Origin: Pseudomonadota bacterium
Lineage (GTDB): Bacteria; Pseudomonadota; Gammaproteobacteria; Burkholderiales; Casimicrobiaceae
DNA length: 38,444 nt
Reading direction: 5' to 3'
Assembly (NCBI GenBank): GCA_029571495.1
Contig: JAKPSO010000282.1
Span: 1-38,444, forward strand
Every line of letters starts with the position of its first letter. The stretch's first letter is position 1. The notes beneath the pieces are model-generated. The model was not told where the DNA came from. It saw only the letters and a list, made by a program, of their open reading frames with translations, and did not search any database. A program made the translations under genes and the position numbers. Below, one piece after another: positions 24,378 to 34,002 of this stretch.

Positions 24378-26780
24378 ATGCGCACCATCGCAACGCTAGT
24401 CGCATTCGCGTTCGGAGTAGCGCTCGCGCAACTGGTACCCGAGTTGCCGTCGCGGGTTGCGATTGTCGCGGTCTTGGTGCTCGCGGCGTGCGTGGCGATC
24501 ACGCTCGTGCTGCGGCGCGTGCGAACTGCGCTGTGGCTCGCGCTAAGTGTCGCCCTTGCGCTTGGCGCGAGTTTTTCCTTGCTGCGCGCAGAGCTTCGTA
24601 TGTCGTATGCGCTTTCCGTCGCGTGGGAGGGTCGCGACATCGAACTGATCGGCGTGATTGACGAATTGCCGCAGTCTGATGCGCATGGTGTTCGCTTCGC
24701 GTTTGCGGTGGAGCGCGTTCTGACGCCCGGCGCGAACGTTCCGCCGCGCATCGCGCTGGGTTGGTACAAACCGACGATCAAAGAGTTGCAAGGCGAGCCA
24801 TTGCCAACGCTGCACGCGGGTGAGCGTTGGCAGTTCACGGCGCGCCTGAAACGACCGCACGGCTACGCCAATCCGCATGGCTTTGACAGCGAAGCGTGGA
24901 TGCTCGAAAACGAATTGCGCGCCACGGGTTCGGTGCGCGGCGACGAACCCAATCGCCGACTCGCGGCCAACGCGGCACGCATCGTCGATTACGTCAATCA
25001 ACTGCGTGATCGGCTGCGCGAACGCATGCAAGCGGCGCTGAAAGATCAGCGTTACGCGGGCGTGTTGGTTGCGTTGGCGCTCGGGGATCAACGCGCGATT
25101 TCTGAAGGCGATTGGTCGCTGTTTAACGCGACCGCGGTATCGCACCTGCTCTCGATCAGCGGCGCGCACGTCACGCTCTTCGCGACCTGGATTGCGTTTG
25201 CGGTGTTCGCGTTGTGGCGACGCTCGCCGCGCCTCGTCTCCATAATGCCCGCGCAGCAAGCGGCGGCGCTTGTCGCGGCGCTCGTCGCCGTCGCCTACGC
25301 GGTGCTTTCGGGATTTGCGGTGCCGGCACAGCGCACCTGTTACATGTTGCTCACGGCTGCTGCCGCGCTGTTTTTGCGGCGCTCTTTATCGCCGTGGTTG
25401 GTCCTGTGTTGGTCGCTCGTTGTTGTGCTTGTCATCGATCCTTGGGCGGTGCTCGCGGTTGGTTTTTGGTTTTCGTTCTTGGCGGTGGCGCTACTGATGT
25501 TCGTTACTTTGGGTCGCGTCGGCGAACCGTCGTGGCTGCGCACAATGCTCGTGACCCAGGCCGCCGTCACAGTTGGCCTCGCGCCCATTTCGGTGGCGAT
25601 GTTTCAGCAGGTGTCGCTCGTTGGCCCGCTGGCGAACGCTGTCGCGATTCCGCTGGTGACGTTGATCGTCGTGCCGCTGACCTTGGTATGGCTGGTCGCG
25701 CCGATTGACGCGTTGCTGACACTGGCGCATCAGCTTATCGCGTGGCTCGCGGCGGGGCTTCAGTGGCTCACAACGCTGCCCGCGCCGCTGTGGGTGCAGC
25801 ATGCGCCGCCGTGGTGGACGGTGGGGCTTGCGGTGCTTGGGTGCTTGATCCTGCTCGCGCCACGCGGATGGCCGCACCGCTGGGTCGGCGCGGTTTGGTG
25901 TTTGCCGATGTTCGCGCTAGTGCCGCCACTGCCCGCCGACGGCGAATTCAACTTGGCGGTGCTCGATATTGGGCAGGGCACAACGGCAGTTGTGCAAACC
26001 AAAGCGCACACCCTCGTTTACGACACTGGCCCACGCTGGACCGAGACCAGCGACGCCGGATCGCGCATCGTCGCGCCGTATCTTCGTGCAATGGGCGCGG
26101 CGCACATTCACGGGCTCGTCGTCAGCCACGCCGACATCGACCACAGCGGCGGCGCGCGCTCACTATTGACCAGTGTGCCTGTCAGTTGGATGTTGACCTC
26201 GGTTGAAAGCCACAGTGACGTCGCGAAAGAAGCCGAGGCGCGAAACGTAAGAACGCTGCGTTGTGCCGCGGGGCAATCTTGGACGTGGGACGGCGTGCGC
26301 TTTGATGTGCTACACCCCACCGCAGAAAACTACACCGACGAATCGCGCAAGACCAATGATCGTTCGTGCGTGATCAAAGTCGGCGCCGCAAGGCACGGCG
26401 CGCTCCTGACCGCCGACATCGAAGCGCTCAGCGAAGGCGAACTCGTGGCCCGTGACGCGAGCGCGATTGCGCTCAAAAGTGACGTGCTTCTACTGCCGCA
26501 TCACGGCAGCCGCACTTCGTCTACGCCCGCGTTTATCGACGCGGTCGCGCCCAAAGTGGCGCTCATCAACGCCGGTTACCGCAATCGTTTTGGCCACCCG
26601 CGCGCCGATGTGCTCGCGCGCTACAGCGAGCGCAACATCAACGTGCTACGCACTGATTGGCACGGTGCGATCACGCTGAGTTCCGCCGATGGCTTCGCCG
26701 CGATCGAGAAGTTTCGCGAATCGCGCCAGCGCTATTGGGTGGATCGTCCGGACCCTGGCGATGCTCGACCGATTGAGTGA
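24378..26780 (+). CDS. comEC: DNA internalization competence protein ComEC/Rec2
   Basis: NPHGFD, SHLLSISGAHV competence domain, many TMs, C-terminal metallo-beta-lactamase fold (LDIGQG, SHADIDHSGG, PHHGS, NRFGHP). Confidence 0.95.
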   Translation: MRTIATLVAFAFGVALAQLVPELPSRVAIVAVLVLAACVAITLVLRRVRTALWLALSVALALGASFSLLRAELRMSYALSVAWEGRDIELIGVIDELPQSDAHGVRFAFAVERVLTPGANVPPRIALGWYKPTIKELQGEPLPTLHAGERWQFTARLKRPHGYANPHGFDSEAWMLENELRATGSVRGDEPNRRLAANAARIVDYVNQLRDRLRERMQAALKDQRYAGVLVALALGDQRAISEGDWSLFNATAVSHLLSISGAHVTLFATWIAFAVFALWRRSPRLVSIMPAQQAAALVAALVAVAYAVLSGFAVPAQRTCYMLLTAAAALFLRRSLSPWLVLCWSLVVVLVIDPWAVLAVGFWFSFLAVALLMFVTLGRVGEPSWLRTMLVTQAAVTVGLAPISVAMFQQVSLVGPLANAVAIPLVTLIVVPLTLVWLVAPIDALLTLAHQLIAWLAAGLQWLTTLPAPLWVQHAPPWWTVGLAVLGCLILLAPRGWPHRWVGAVWCLPMFALVPPLPADGEFNLAVLDIGQGTTAVVQTKAHTLVYDTGPRWTETSDAGSRIVAPYLRAMGAAHIHGLVVSHADIDHSGGARSLLTSVPVSWMLTSVESHSDVAKEAEARNVRTLRCAAGQSWTWDGVRFDVLHPTAENYTDESRKTNDRSCVIKVGAARHGALLTADIEALSEGELVARDASAIALKSDVLLLPHHGSRTSSTPAFIDAVAPKVALINAGYRNRFGHPRADVLARYSERNINVLRTDWHGAITLSSADGFAAIEKFRESRQRYWVDRPDPGDARPIE

Positions 26781-26801
26781 GTTTCAGAACGGTGAATGGG
26801 T

Positions 26802-26921
26802 ACAGCTTTTGTGCTTAAACGGCCACTAGTTGGTCGTTACATCGCAAAAATATCGCAAGTCGAGTATCAAACAAAACAACGTGTAGCGACCATCCATCGG
26901 TCGCTGCAACCAAAAAGCTAT
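26802..26921. repeat. 120-bp symmetric intergenic element, copy B
   Basis: ACAGCTTTT...AAAAGCTAT ends, CGGCC-N7-GGTCG and CGACC-N7-GGTCG boxes, central AGTCGAGT; between convergent comEC and deacylase. Confidence 0.85.
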
Positions 26922-26931
26922 TAACCAGATC

Positions 26932-27888
26932 TCAGCATCCCCGAAACCGACCAATGCGCACAGCCGTCTGCCCGAGTTTCGGGCTCGGCACGGGCATCAC
27001 CATGACTGCGTCGGCGTGCGGCGTTCGAATTTCGGTGCCGCCGTCGTGCGCGATCAACGTGCCAGCGTCGGGCAACACTTCAAGACCGCGAAGCGGGCGA
27101 ATCCAGCGAAACGACGCAGTTTGTAGTGTGATGACGGTGCTGATATCGACGACGCGCTGCGCGGTGTGCTGCAACGTCGAAATGCGCTCTGCGAGCCACG
27201 CCGCGTCGAGCATCGCAAAGTGCCGTAAGAAGCGCAGCATCACTTGCTTGGCAACGTCTCCGACGGCGGCTTCCCAGTGTTGGCCGCACTCTACGAGGAG
27301 CGCGCTTTTGGCGCTCGTGGGATCACCGAAACCAACGTAATCGCGCAGACGCTTGCCAGCAGCGTGCCCGGAATCGACGAGGATGTGCTCCGGCGCGCCG
27401 ACGGCCTTCGCAAGTGCTAGTCCCTTTGCGGTATCGCCCGCGAGTGCTATCGGCGGCGCAGGTTCCAGCATCGAGTGCAGGTCGAGCAAATGATCGACCG
27501 TGTCGTAAAACGGGCGCAACGCACGCGCTCGCCGCAGTTCGATTGAATCGCGCGGACCGTCGAGCGTTGCGACGTCCCACAGACGATTGAAATCTTCATC
27601 GACGCAGCGCGAATCAAATGGCTTGTCGCGATTGAACGAACGATACGCGTCGACATTGGCAAATGCGACCGACAACGTTCCACCCACGGGCCGCAGCCCC
27701 GCGCGCAATTCACGAAGCAAAAAGTCCGCTGCAATCGCGCCGCACACCTCGTTGCCGTGCACCAGCGCCGTCACGCACACATGCGGTCCCGGCACGTTGC
27801 TCTCAAAGCGCCACACGTACGGCACGCCCGTGTTACCCGCAGCCCACGGCGAAATGTCTGGAAAATTCGTTTCGATGCTGACGCTCAT
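26932..27888 (-). CDS. Succinylglutamate desuccinylase/aspartoacylase (M14-like) family protein
   Basis: VHGNEVCG, DFNR, LLDLHS, VECGQH motifs. Confidence 0.88.
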   Translation of the reverse strand: MSVSIETNFPDISPWAAGNTGVPYVWRFESNVPGPHVCVTALVHGNEVCGAIAADFLLRELRAGLRPVGGTLSVAFANVDAYRSFNRDKPFDSRCVDEDFNRLWDVATLDGPRDSIELRRARALRPFYDTVDHLLDLHSMLEPAPPIALAGDTAKGLALAKAVGAPEHILVDSGHAAGKRLRDYVGFGDPTSAKSALLVECGQHWEAAVGDVAKQVMLRFLRHFAMLDAAWLAERISTLQHTAQRVVDISTVITLQTASFRWIRPLRGLEVLPDAGTLIAHDGGTEIRTPHADAVMVMPVPSPKLGQTAVRIGRFRGC

Positions 27889-27948
27889 GACTTAGGATTC
27901 GGTGAGGGGTCGGTTATTCTCTTGGCAACAACACTTCTCGGGGACAAC

Positions 27949-29544
27949 ATGCGCTTCTCAATACGACACACCATCACGCCGCTCGCAAAGTTTATGGCCC
28001 TCGTCGCTGCGAGCGTACTCGCGGCGTCCGCTTTTGCGCAGTCGATCAGCATCGGCCTGTCGGGCGACATCACAGCGTTCGATCCACACTATCACAACGT
28101 GGGGCCGAACAACGCGGCCGCAGCACACGTGTTCGAGCGCTTGGTTGGCATGGACGAACGGCAACGGTTGGTGCCTGCGCTCGCGACCTCATGGCGCGCC
28201 GTCAACGACACAACGTGGGAGTTCAAGCTGCGCAAGGGCGTGAAGTGGCATGACGGTTCGGACTTCACAGCCGACGATGTGATCTTCACTGTAGATCGCG
28301 TTCCGAAGGTCCCGAATTCGCCGTCGTCGTTCACCACCTACGTGAAAAACATCAAGGCGATCACCGCACCCGACGCGCACACGTTGATGATTACGACCGA
28401 AAAGCCACATCCGTTGCTACCGAACGACCTATCGTTGGTTTACGTGATTTCCAAGAAAGCCGCAACCGGTGCCAGCACGGAAGACTTCAATAGCGGCAAG
28501 GCCGCCGTTGGCACCGGACCGTACAAATATTCACGCTTCGCCAAAGGCGATCGCCTTGAGCTCGTCCGCAACGACGCGTGGTGGGGCGGTAAAACGCCGT
28601 GGGACAAGGCAACGCTGCGGATCATTACCAACGATCCTGCGCGCGTCGCGGCGCTGCTTTCGGGTGACATTCAAGTGATCGAAAACGCACCGACTTCCGA
28701 CATGACGCGGTTGAAGAACGACAAGAACCTCTCGCTCGCTCGCGTGGGATCGAACCGCATCATCTTTCTGCACATGGATTCCAACCGTGACGTTTCACCC
28801 TTTGTCACCGACAAAGCGGGCAAACCACTCGCCAAAAATCCACTCAAAGACGCTCGCGTCCGCAAGGCTTTGTCGCTCGCGATCAACCGTGACGCGATGG
28901 TTAGCAAAGTCATGGAAGGCGAGGCGATCGCTGCGGGCCAGCCACTGCCGGACGGTTACCCCGGCACATCGAAGAACTTGAAGCCCGACAAGTTCGACGC
29001 CGCCGCCGCGAAGAAACTCCTCGCGGAAGCAGGCTACCCGGACGGCTTCGGCATCACCATTCACGCGCCGAACAATCGCTATGTGAACGACGAGCAGATC
29101 GCGCAAGCCGTGGCGCAGATGCTCACGCGCGTGGGCATCTCAACCAAAGTCGAGGCGATGCCATCCTCTGTGTTTTTCTCGCGCGCAACGAAGCTTGATT
29201 TCAGTTTGATGCTGCTTGGTTGGTCGGCAGGCTCTGGCGAAATGTCGGACAGCCTGCGCCCGTTGCTTGGCACCTTCGACACCAAGAAGGGCTGGGGCAA
29301 CGCCAACCGCGGACGTTATTCAAACGCCAAAGTGGATGCAATGCTTGACGACGCACTGGTGACGATCAACGACGCCAAACGCGAAGCGCTCCTCGCGCGC
29401 GCTACCGAAATCGCGATGGCCGATCAAGGCATCGTGCCGCTGCATTTTCAGATGAATGTGTGGGCGATGAAGAAAAATTTGGCCTACACGCCGCGCACTG
29501 ATGAATTCACGCTGGCGTGGCTCGTGAAGCCTGCTTCCAAATAG
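27949..29544 (+). CDS. ABC transporter substrate-binding protein, peptide/nickel (family 5)
   Basis: Signal peptide ending AFA; LVPALATSW, FKLRKGVKWHDGSDFTADDV, VGTGPYK, AKKLLAEAGYPDGF. Start placed at ATG 27949 after GGGGA. Confidence 0.93.
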   Translation: MRFSIRHTITPLAKFMALVAASVLAASAFAQSISIGLSGDITAFDPHYHNVGPNNAAAAHVFERLVGMDERQRLVPALATSWRAVNDTTWEFKLRKGVKWHDGSDFTADDVIFTVDRVPKVPNSPSSFTTYVKNIKAITAPDAHTLMITTEKPHPLLPNDLSLVYVISKKAATGASTEDFNSGKAAVGTGPYKYSRFAKGDRLELVRNDAWWGGKTPWDKATLRIITNDPARVAALLSGDIQVIENAPTSDMTRLKNDKNLSLARVGSNRIIFLHMDSNRDVSPFVTDKAGKPLAKNPLKDARVRKALSLAINRDAMVSKVMEGEAIAAGQPLPDGYPGTSKNLKPDKFDAAAAKKLLAEAGYPDGFGITIHAPNNRYVNDEQIAQAVAQMLTRVGISTKVEAMPSSVFFSRATKLDFSLMLLGWSAGSGEMSDSLRPLLGTFDTKKGWGNANRGRYSNAKVDAMLDDALVTINDAKREALLARATEIAMADQGIVPLHFQMNVWAMKKNLAYTPRTDEFTLAWLVKPASK

Positions 29545-29555
29545 CGCGCGCCATC

Positions 29556-30992
29556 ATGACCACGCACTTCATCAACAACCAACGTGTCGCGGGAAGCAGT
29601 GGCGACACCATCGCGGTGCTCGACCCGAGCGATGGCCAAACCTTCGCCCACATCGCTCGTGGCAACGCCGAAGACATTCGCCGTGCCGCCGTCGCTGCGC
29701 GCGCGGCGGCTGATGGTGGAGCGTGGAGCCGTCTGGCGCCGCTTGAACGTGGACGACTGTTACACAAATTGTCGGAGGCCATCCTCGCGCATCACGACGA
29801 GTTGTGGCAGCTCGAAATGCGCGACTGCGGAAAGCCGGTCAAGCAAGCGAAGGCCGACGCCACCGCTGTGGCGCGCTACTTCGAGTATTACGCCGGTGCA
29901 TGCGACAAGCTGCACGGCGAGACGATTCCTTACACGCCGGGTTACGCGGTGATGACCTTCTACGAACCGCACGGCGTAACCGGCCACATCATTCCGTGGA
30001 ATTACCCGATGCAGATTTTCGGGCGGTCAGTGGGCGGCGCGCTGGCTGCGGGCAATGCCTGTGTCGTAAAGCCCGCAGAAGATGCGTGCCTTTCGTTACT
30101 GCGCATCGCCGAACTCGCCGCAGAAGTGGGCTTTCCCGAGGGCGCGCTCAATATTGTCACCGGCTATGGGCACGAAGCCGGACAAGCGCTTGCCGATGCG
30201 GCGGGCCTTGATCACATTTCGTTTACCGGTTCGGCGCGGGTCGGGACCATCATCGCGCAAAGCGCAGCGAAACGTCATGTGCCCGTCACGTTGGAGCTTG
30301 GTGGCAAGAGCCCGCAAATCGTGTTCGCTGACGCCAACCTCGACGAGGCGGTGCCGGTGATCGTCAACGCAATCATTCAAAACGCTGGTCAAACGTGCAG
30401 CGCGGGGTCGCGCTTATTGGTGGAAGCCAGCGTGTATGAGCGTGTGTTGGCGGCGGTGGGTGAACGCATCCGCGCATTGAAAGTCGGGCCCGCCGCGATG
30501 GACCTAGATGTTGGGCCGCTCATTCGCGCGAATCAGTTAGATCGCGTCAACGGCTTCTTGGCGAGTGTGTCCGAGAGCGGTGCGCGGGTGGTCGCGCAAG
30601 GCAGCATCGTCGTGAATGCGCCCGCCGCAGGGTTCTTCGCAAAACCCACCTTGATCGCGGATGTTTCCGTCGATGCGCCGCTCGCATGCGACGAAGTGTT
30701 TGGCCCCGTCCTCGCGGCAATGCCGTTCAAGGACGAAGCGGACGCCGTGCGCATCGCCAACGCGACCGAATACGGTCTCGTCGCTGGCGTGTGGACTGAG
30801 AACGGTGGGCGCGGACTGCGCATGGCCCGCGCCGTCAAAAGCGGCCAGGTATTCATCAACAACTACGGCGCAGGCGGCGGAGTAGAACTACCGTTCGGTG
30901 GCGTGAAGTCTTCAGGCTACGGCCGTGAAAAAGGCTTCGAGGCGCTGTACGGTTTTAGCGTGATGAAGACGGTCGTCGTGAAGCACGGCTGA
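29556..30992 (+). CDS. NAD(P)-dependent aldehyde dehydrogenase
   Basis: IIPWNYP, FTGS, LELGGKSP, NAGQTCSAG (catalytic Cys), EVFGPV, PFGGVKSSGYGRE. Confidence 0.95.
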   Translation: MTTHFINNQRVAGSSGDTIAVLDPSDGQTFAHIARGNAEDIRRAAVAARAAADGGAWSRLAPLERGRLLHKLSEAILAHHDELWQLEMRDCGKPVKQAKADATAVARYFEYYAGACDKLHGETIPYTPGYAVMTFYEPHGVTGHIIPWNYPMQIFGRSVGGALAAGNACVVKPAEDACLSLLRIAELAAEVGFPEGALNIVTGYGHEAGQALADAAGLDHISFTGSARVGTIIAQSAAKRHVPVTLELGGKSPQIVFADANLDEAVPVIVNAIIQNAGQTCSAGSRLLVEASVYERVLAAVGERIRALKVGPAAMDLDVGPLIRANQLDRVNGFLASVSESGARVVAQGSIVVNAPAAGFFAKPTLIADVSVDAPLACDEVFGPVLAAMPFKDEADAVRIANATEYGLVAGVWTENGGRGLRMARAVKSGQVFINNYGAGGGVELPFGGVKSSGYGREKGFEALYGFSVMKTVVVKHG

Positions 30993-31029
30993 GGTTCGTT
31001 TCCGGCCGACCCGACGCCGCGCATCGCTT

Positions 31030-31056
31030 GCAATCGCGGCTTCCGCCGCTCCCACA
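31030..31056 (-). repeat. REP element (GTAG/GTGG-type), single copy
   Basis: GCAATCGCGGCTTCCGCCGCTCCCACA, exact reverse complement of 32233-32259. Confidence 0.85.
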
Positions 31057-31072
31057 TTGACGGAAGTTCGAA

Positions 31073-32170
31073 CTAAACGTTGAACAAGAAATTCAACACG
31101 TCGCCGTCGTGCACGACGTATTCCTTGCCTTCGGCGCGCATCTTGCCCGCTTCTTTGGCGCCGTGTTCGCCTTTGAATTTGATGAAGTCATCAAACGCGA
31201 TGGTCTGCGCGCGGATGAAGCCTTTTTCAAAGTCGGTGTGAATGGCGGCGGCGGCTCGCGGTGCGGTGTCGCCCTTGTGGATCGTCCACGCGCGCACTTC
31301 TTTCACGCCCGCCGTGAAGTAGGTTTGCAGCCCGAGTAATTCATAGCCCGCGCGGATCACGCGATTGAGGCCCGGTTCTTCGAGACCCAAATCCTTCAAG
31401 AACTCCATCTTGTCGGCGTCGTCCATGTCGCCGATTTCCGCTTCCATATTGGCGCAGACGGCCACCACTGGCGCATTCTCTTTCGCCGCGTATTCGACGA
31501 CGGCTTGGTAGTGTTTGTTGTGCGCCAAATCGTTGGCGTCGGCCACGTTGGCGACATACATCGTCGGCTTCGCGGTGATGAGGCACAGGGGTTTCAGCAG
31601 CGCTTTTTCTTCGGCATAGAGGTCCAACGTGCGAACTGCCTTGCCTTCGTTGAGTACTTTTTGGCAGCGCTCGAGAATCGGAAGCAGATGTTGCGCTTCT
31701 TTGTCGCCGCCGGCACGTGCGAGCTTGCCGTAGCGCAGCACAGCCTTTTCAACGCTCGCGAGATCCGCAAGCGCAAGCTCCGTGTTGATCACTTCAATGT
31801 CGTCGATCGGTGAGACCTTGCCGGAGACGTGCACCACGTTGTCGTCTTCGAAGCAGCGCACGACGTGGGCCGTGGCGTCGCATTCGCGAATATTGGCGAG
31901 GAATTGATTGCCTAGTCCTTCGCCCTTCGACGCGCCTTTGACCAAACCCGCAATGTCTACAAACTCGACCGACGCGGGAACGACGCGCTGTGGGTTGACG
32001 ATGGCGGCGAGCTGCGCAAGCCGTGCGTCGGGCACTTCGACCACGCCGCTGTTGGGCTCGATGGTGCAGAAAGGGTAGTTTTCCGCTGCGATGCCCGCCT
32101 TGGTAAGCGCGTTAAAGAGCGTGGATTTGCCGACGTTCGGGAGGCCGACGATGCCGCATTGGACTGCCAT
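31073..32170 (-). CDS. ychF: Redox-regulated ATPase YchF
   Basis: [56 protein letters not shown]. Confidence 0.98.
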   Translation of the reverse strand: MAVQCGIVGLPNVGKSTLFNALTKAGIAAENYPFCTIEPNSGVVEVPDARLAQLAAIVNPQRVVPASVEFVDIAGLVKGASKGEGLGNQFLANIRECDATAHVVRCFEDDNVVHVSGKVSPIDDIEVINTELALADLASVEKAVLRYGKLARAGGDKEAQHLLPILERCQKVLNEGKAVRTLDLYAEEKALLKPLCLITAKPTMYVANVADANDLAHNKHYQAVVEYAAKENAPVVAVCANMEAEIGDMDDADKMEFLKDLGLEEPGLNRVIRAGYELLGLQTYFTAGVKEVRAWTIHKGDTAPRAAAAIHTDFEKGFIRAQTIAFDDFIKFKGEHGAKEAGKMRAEGKEYVVHDGDVLNFLFNV

Positions 32171-32232
32171 GATGGACGTGTTCTATGTTTGAGTAACCCG
32201 TAATTATCTCTGACGCAGTGCTCCGGGTGGTT

Positions 32233-32299
32233 TGTGGGAGCGGCGGAAGCCGCGATTGCTGCGGATGTGAGCGGTTTCGCGGCTTCCGCCGCTCCTACA
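32233..32299. repeat. REP doublet (REPIN-like)
   Basis: TGTGGGAGCGGCGGAAGCCGCGA (32233) and inverted TCGCGGCTTCCGCCGCTCCTACA (32277-32299). Confidence 0.88.
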
Positions 32300-32327
32300 A
32301 TCGCGTGAACAACACGATTTGCTCACA

Positions 32328-32903
32328 ATGAACATCCTCTACCTGCACGGCTTTCGCTCCAGCCCGCAATCGATGAAGGCGCGGCTGATGGCAGCGCATT
32401 TCGCCCTCACCGAACACCGCTTCGTCTGCCCGCAGCTCCCAGCGAGTCCCGCGCAAGCGATCGAAATCGCGCGCGATTTCATTGAAGATCGTGGCGACGC
32501 GGCAAAAGATTGGGCGGTGATTGGATCGTCGCTGGGCGGGTATTACGCGACCTTCCTCGCAGAGCAATATGGCTGCCGCGCCGCGGTGCTCAACCCTGCC
32601 GTACTTCCCGCGGACGATTTGTCGTCATACGTCGGCGAACTCACGACGTTTCACACCGGTGAACCGTTCGACTGGCGCGCGGAATATTTGCACGAACTCG
32701 CCGACCTACGCATCGAAAAAATTACGCGCCCCGAACGATATTTGCTACTCGCGGCGACCGGCGACGAAGTGCTCGATTGGCGGCAAATGTACGTTCACTA
32801 CGCAGGGGCAAAACAAAAAATCATCCAAGGCTCGGACCACGCGATTAGCGAGTTTTCGGAGTATGTGGACGAAGTGGCGGCGTTTTCTGTCGGCGAGCCC
32901 TAA
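32328..32903 (+). CDS. yqiA: YqiA/YcfP family alpha/beta hydrolase (esterase)
   Basis: ILYLHGFRSSPQSMK, GSSLGGYYA nucleophile elbow, LNPAV, GDEVLDW, GSDH. Confidence 0.9.
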   Translation: MNILYLHGFRSSPQSMKARLMAAHFALTEHRFVCPQLPASPAQAIEIARDFIEDRGDAAKDWAVIGSSLGGYYATFLAEQYGCRAAVLNPAVLPADDLSSYVGELTTFHTGEPFDWRAEYLHELADLRIEKITRPERYLLLAATGDEVLDWRQMYVHYAGAKQKIIQGSDHAISEFSEYVDEVAAFSVGEP

Positions 32904-33028
32904 TCTGTTGCGTGGTGTTCTAAGAGGTTTCCCATTCCGTTGCGTCGCAGAAATTAGTTCATGACGATGGAATGTGGCGATTCCGGCCTGCGGTAGCATG
33001 GGTTCACCACAAATCGGAGCTAAGAACT

Positions 33029-33739
33029 ATGAAGTTACTTTCAGCGTTAGCCGTCGTTGCAGTCACGGCCATGTTTGGCGGATGCGCAACCTACACACCA
33101 AGTCTTGCCAAGATTGATAACACTGGTGCGGGTACGAGCAAGCAAGTTTCCAATAGCATCACCGCGTTCGCGGATGAATACGCGAGCAAAGCCAAGTCGG
33201 AAAAAGTATTCGACATGAACCTCCGAGATGATGGTGTGATGCCTGTCTTGGTGACCCTTCAAAACGGCAATAAATTCGCGGTTGATATGAAGACGATGGA
33301 CATCGCGATGCGCGATGGTTCGGGGACGCTAAAGCTTCTAACGCCAGAAGAAGCTGCAACAAAAGCAAAGAAAAGTTCGGTTGGACGCGCCATCGGTTGG
33401 AGCCTGATCGTTCCCATTATTGGGATTCCGATCGCAGCTACCGCTTCGGTCATGCACACGAACAAAGTGAATCGGCAGATTCTTGAAGACTTCACCGCGA
33501 AGGCGCTCACGAGCGGCACTATTGCCCCGGGAAAAGAGGTCTCTGGCTTCCTGTTTTTTGAAGTTGATAAGGTGCGGACAGACTTTCCAAGCTTGGCGGT
33601 TGACGTAAAACTCACCGCCGACGGCAGCCCCAACGCCTTTGTAGTTTCCGTGCCTTTGGCGCCACTAATGATGGGCGCGCCGGTCACCACGCCCGCGGCG
33701 GCTGATACGCCTGCGCCGGCCACCTCTCCAACAAAGTAA
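33029..33739 (+). CDS. Lipoprotein of unknown function
   Basis: GGAG RBS; MKLLSALAVVAVTAMFGG-C lipobox; IAPGKEVSGFLFF Ig-like motif; Pro/Ala/Thr tail. Confidence 0.8.
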   Translation: MKLLSALAVVAVTAMFGGCATYTPSLAKIDNTGAGTSKQVSNSITAFADEYASKAKSEKVFDMNLRDDGVMPVLVTLQNGNKFAVDMKTMDIAMRDGSGTLKLLTPEEAATKAKKSSVGRAIGWSLIVPIIGIPIAATASVMHTNKVNRQILEDFTAKALTSGTIAPGKEVSGFLFFEVDKVRTDFPSLAVDVKLTADGSPNAFVVSVPLAPLMMGAPVTTPAAADTPAPATSPTK

Positions 33740-34002
33740 GGCACCTAACGTGCTTCCCCTTTACCCCTAGGCGGCAAGCGTCGACAAAGCATTTGTTTGG
33801 CGCGCCAACGTCATGCGCGCCAGTCCTGCCAATTCGCGCAGCATTTCAACCTGCGCGAAGTCCGACTTTCGAAATCGCGTGTGGCCGTAACTTCGTTTAT
33901 CGTTGTTTCGCGAGGCCACGCGCCTGCTGTTGCGCAGCATTTAGAATGTATTTGATCGCCGCATAGTTGCGAGCCGCTGCGACCGTCGGCAGCGGCAGGG
34001 GC

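Noticed and set aside
27757-27948. Extended start of the ABC binding protein ORF
   Set aside because: Overlaps the deacylase on the opposite strand; RBS and signal peptide fit 27949.
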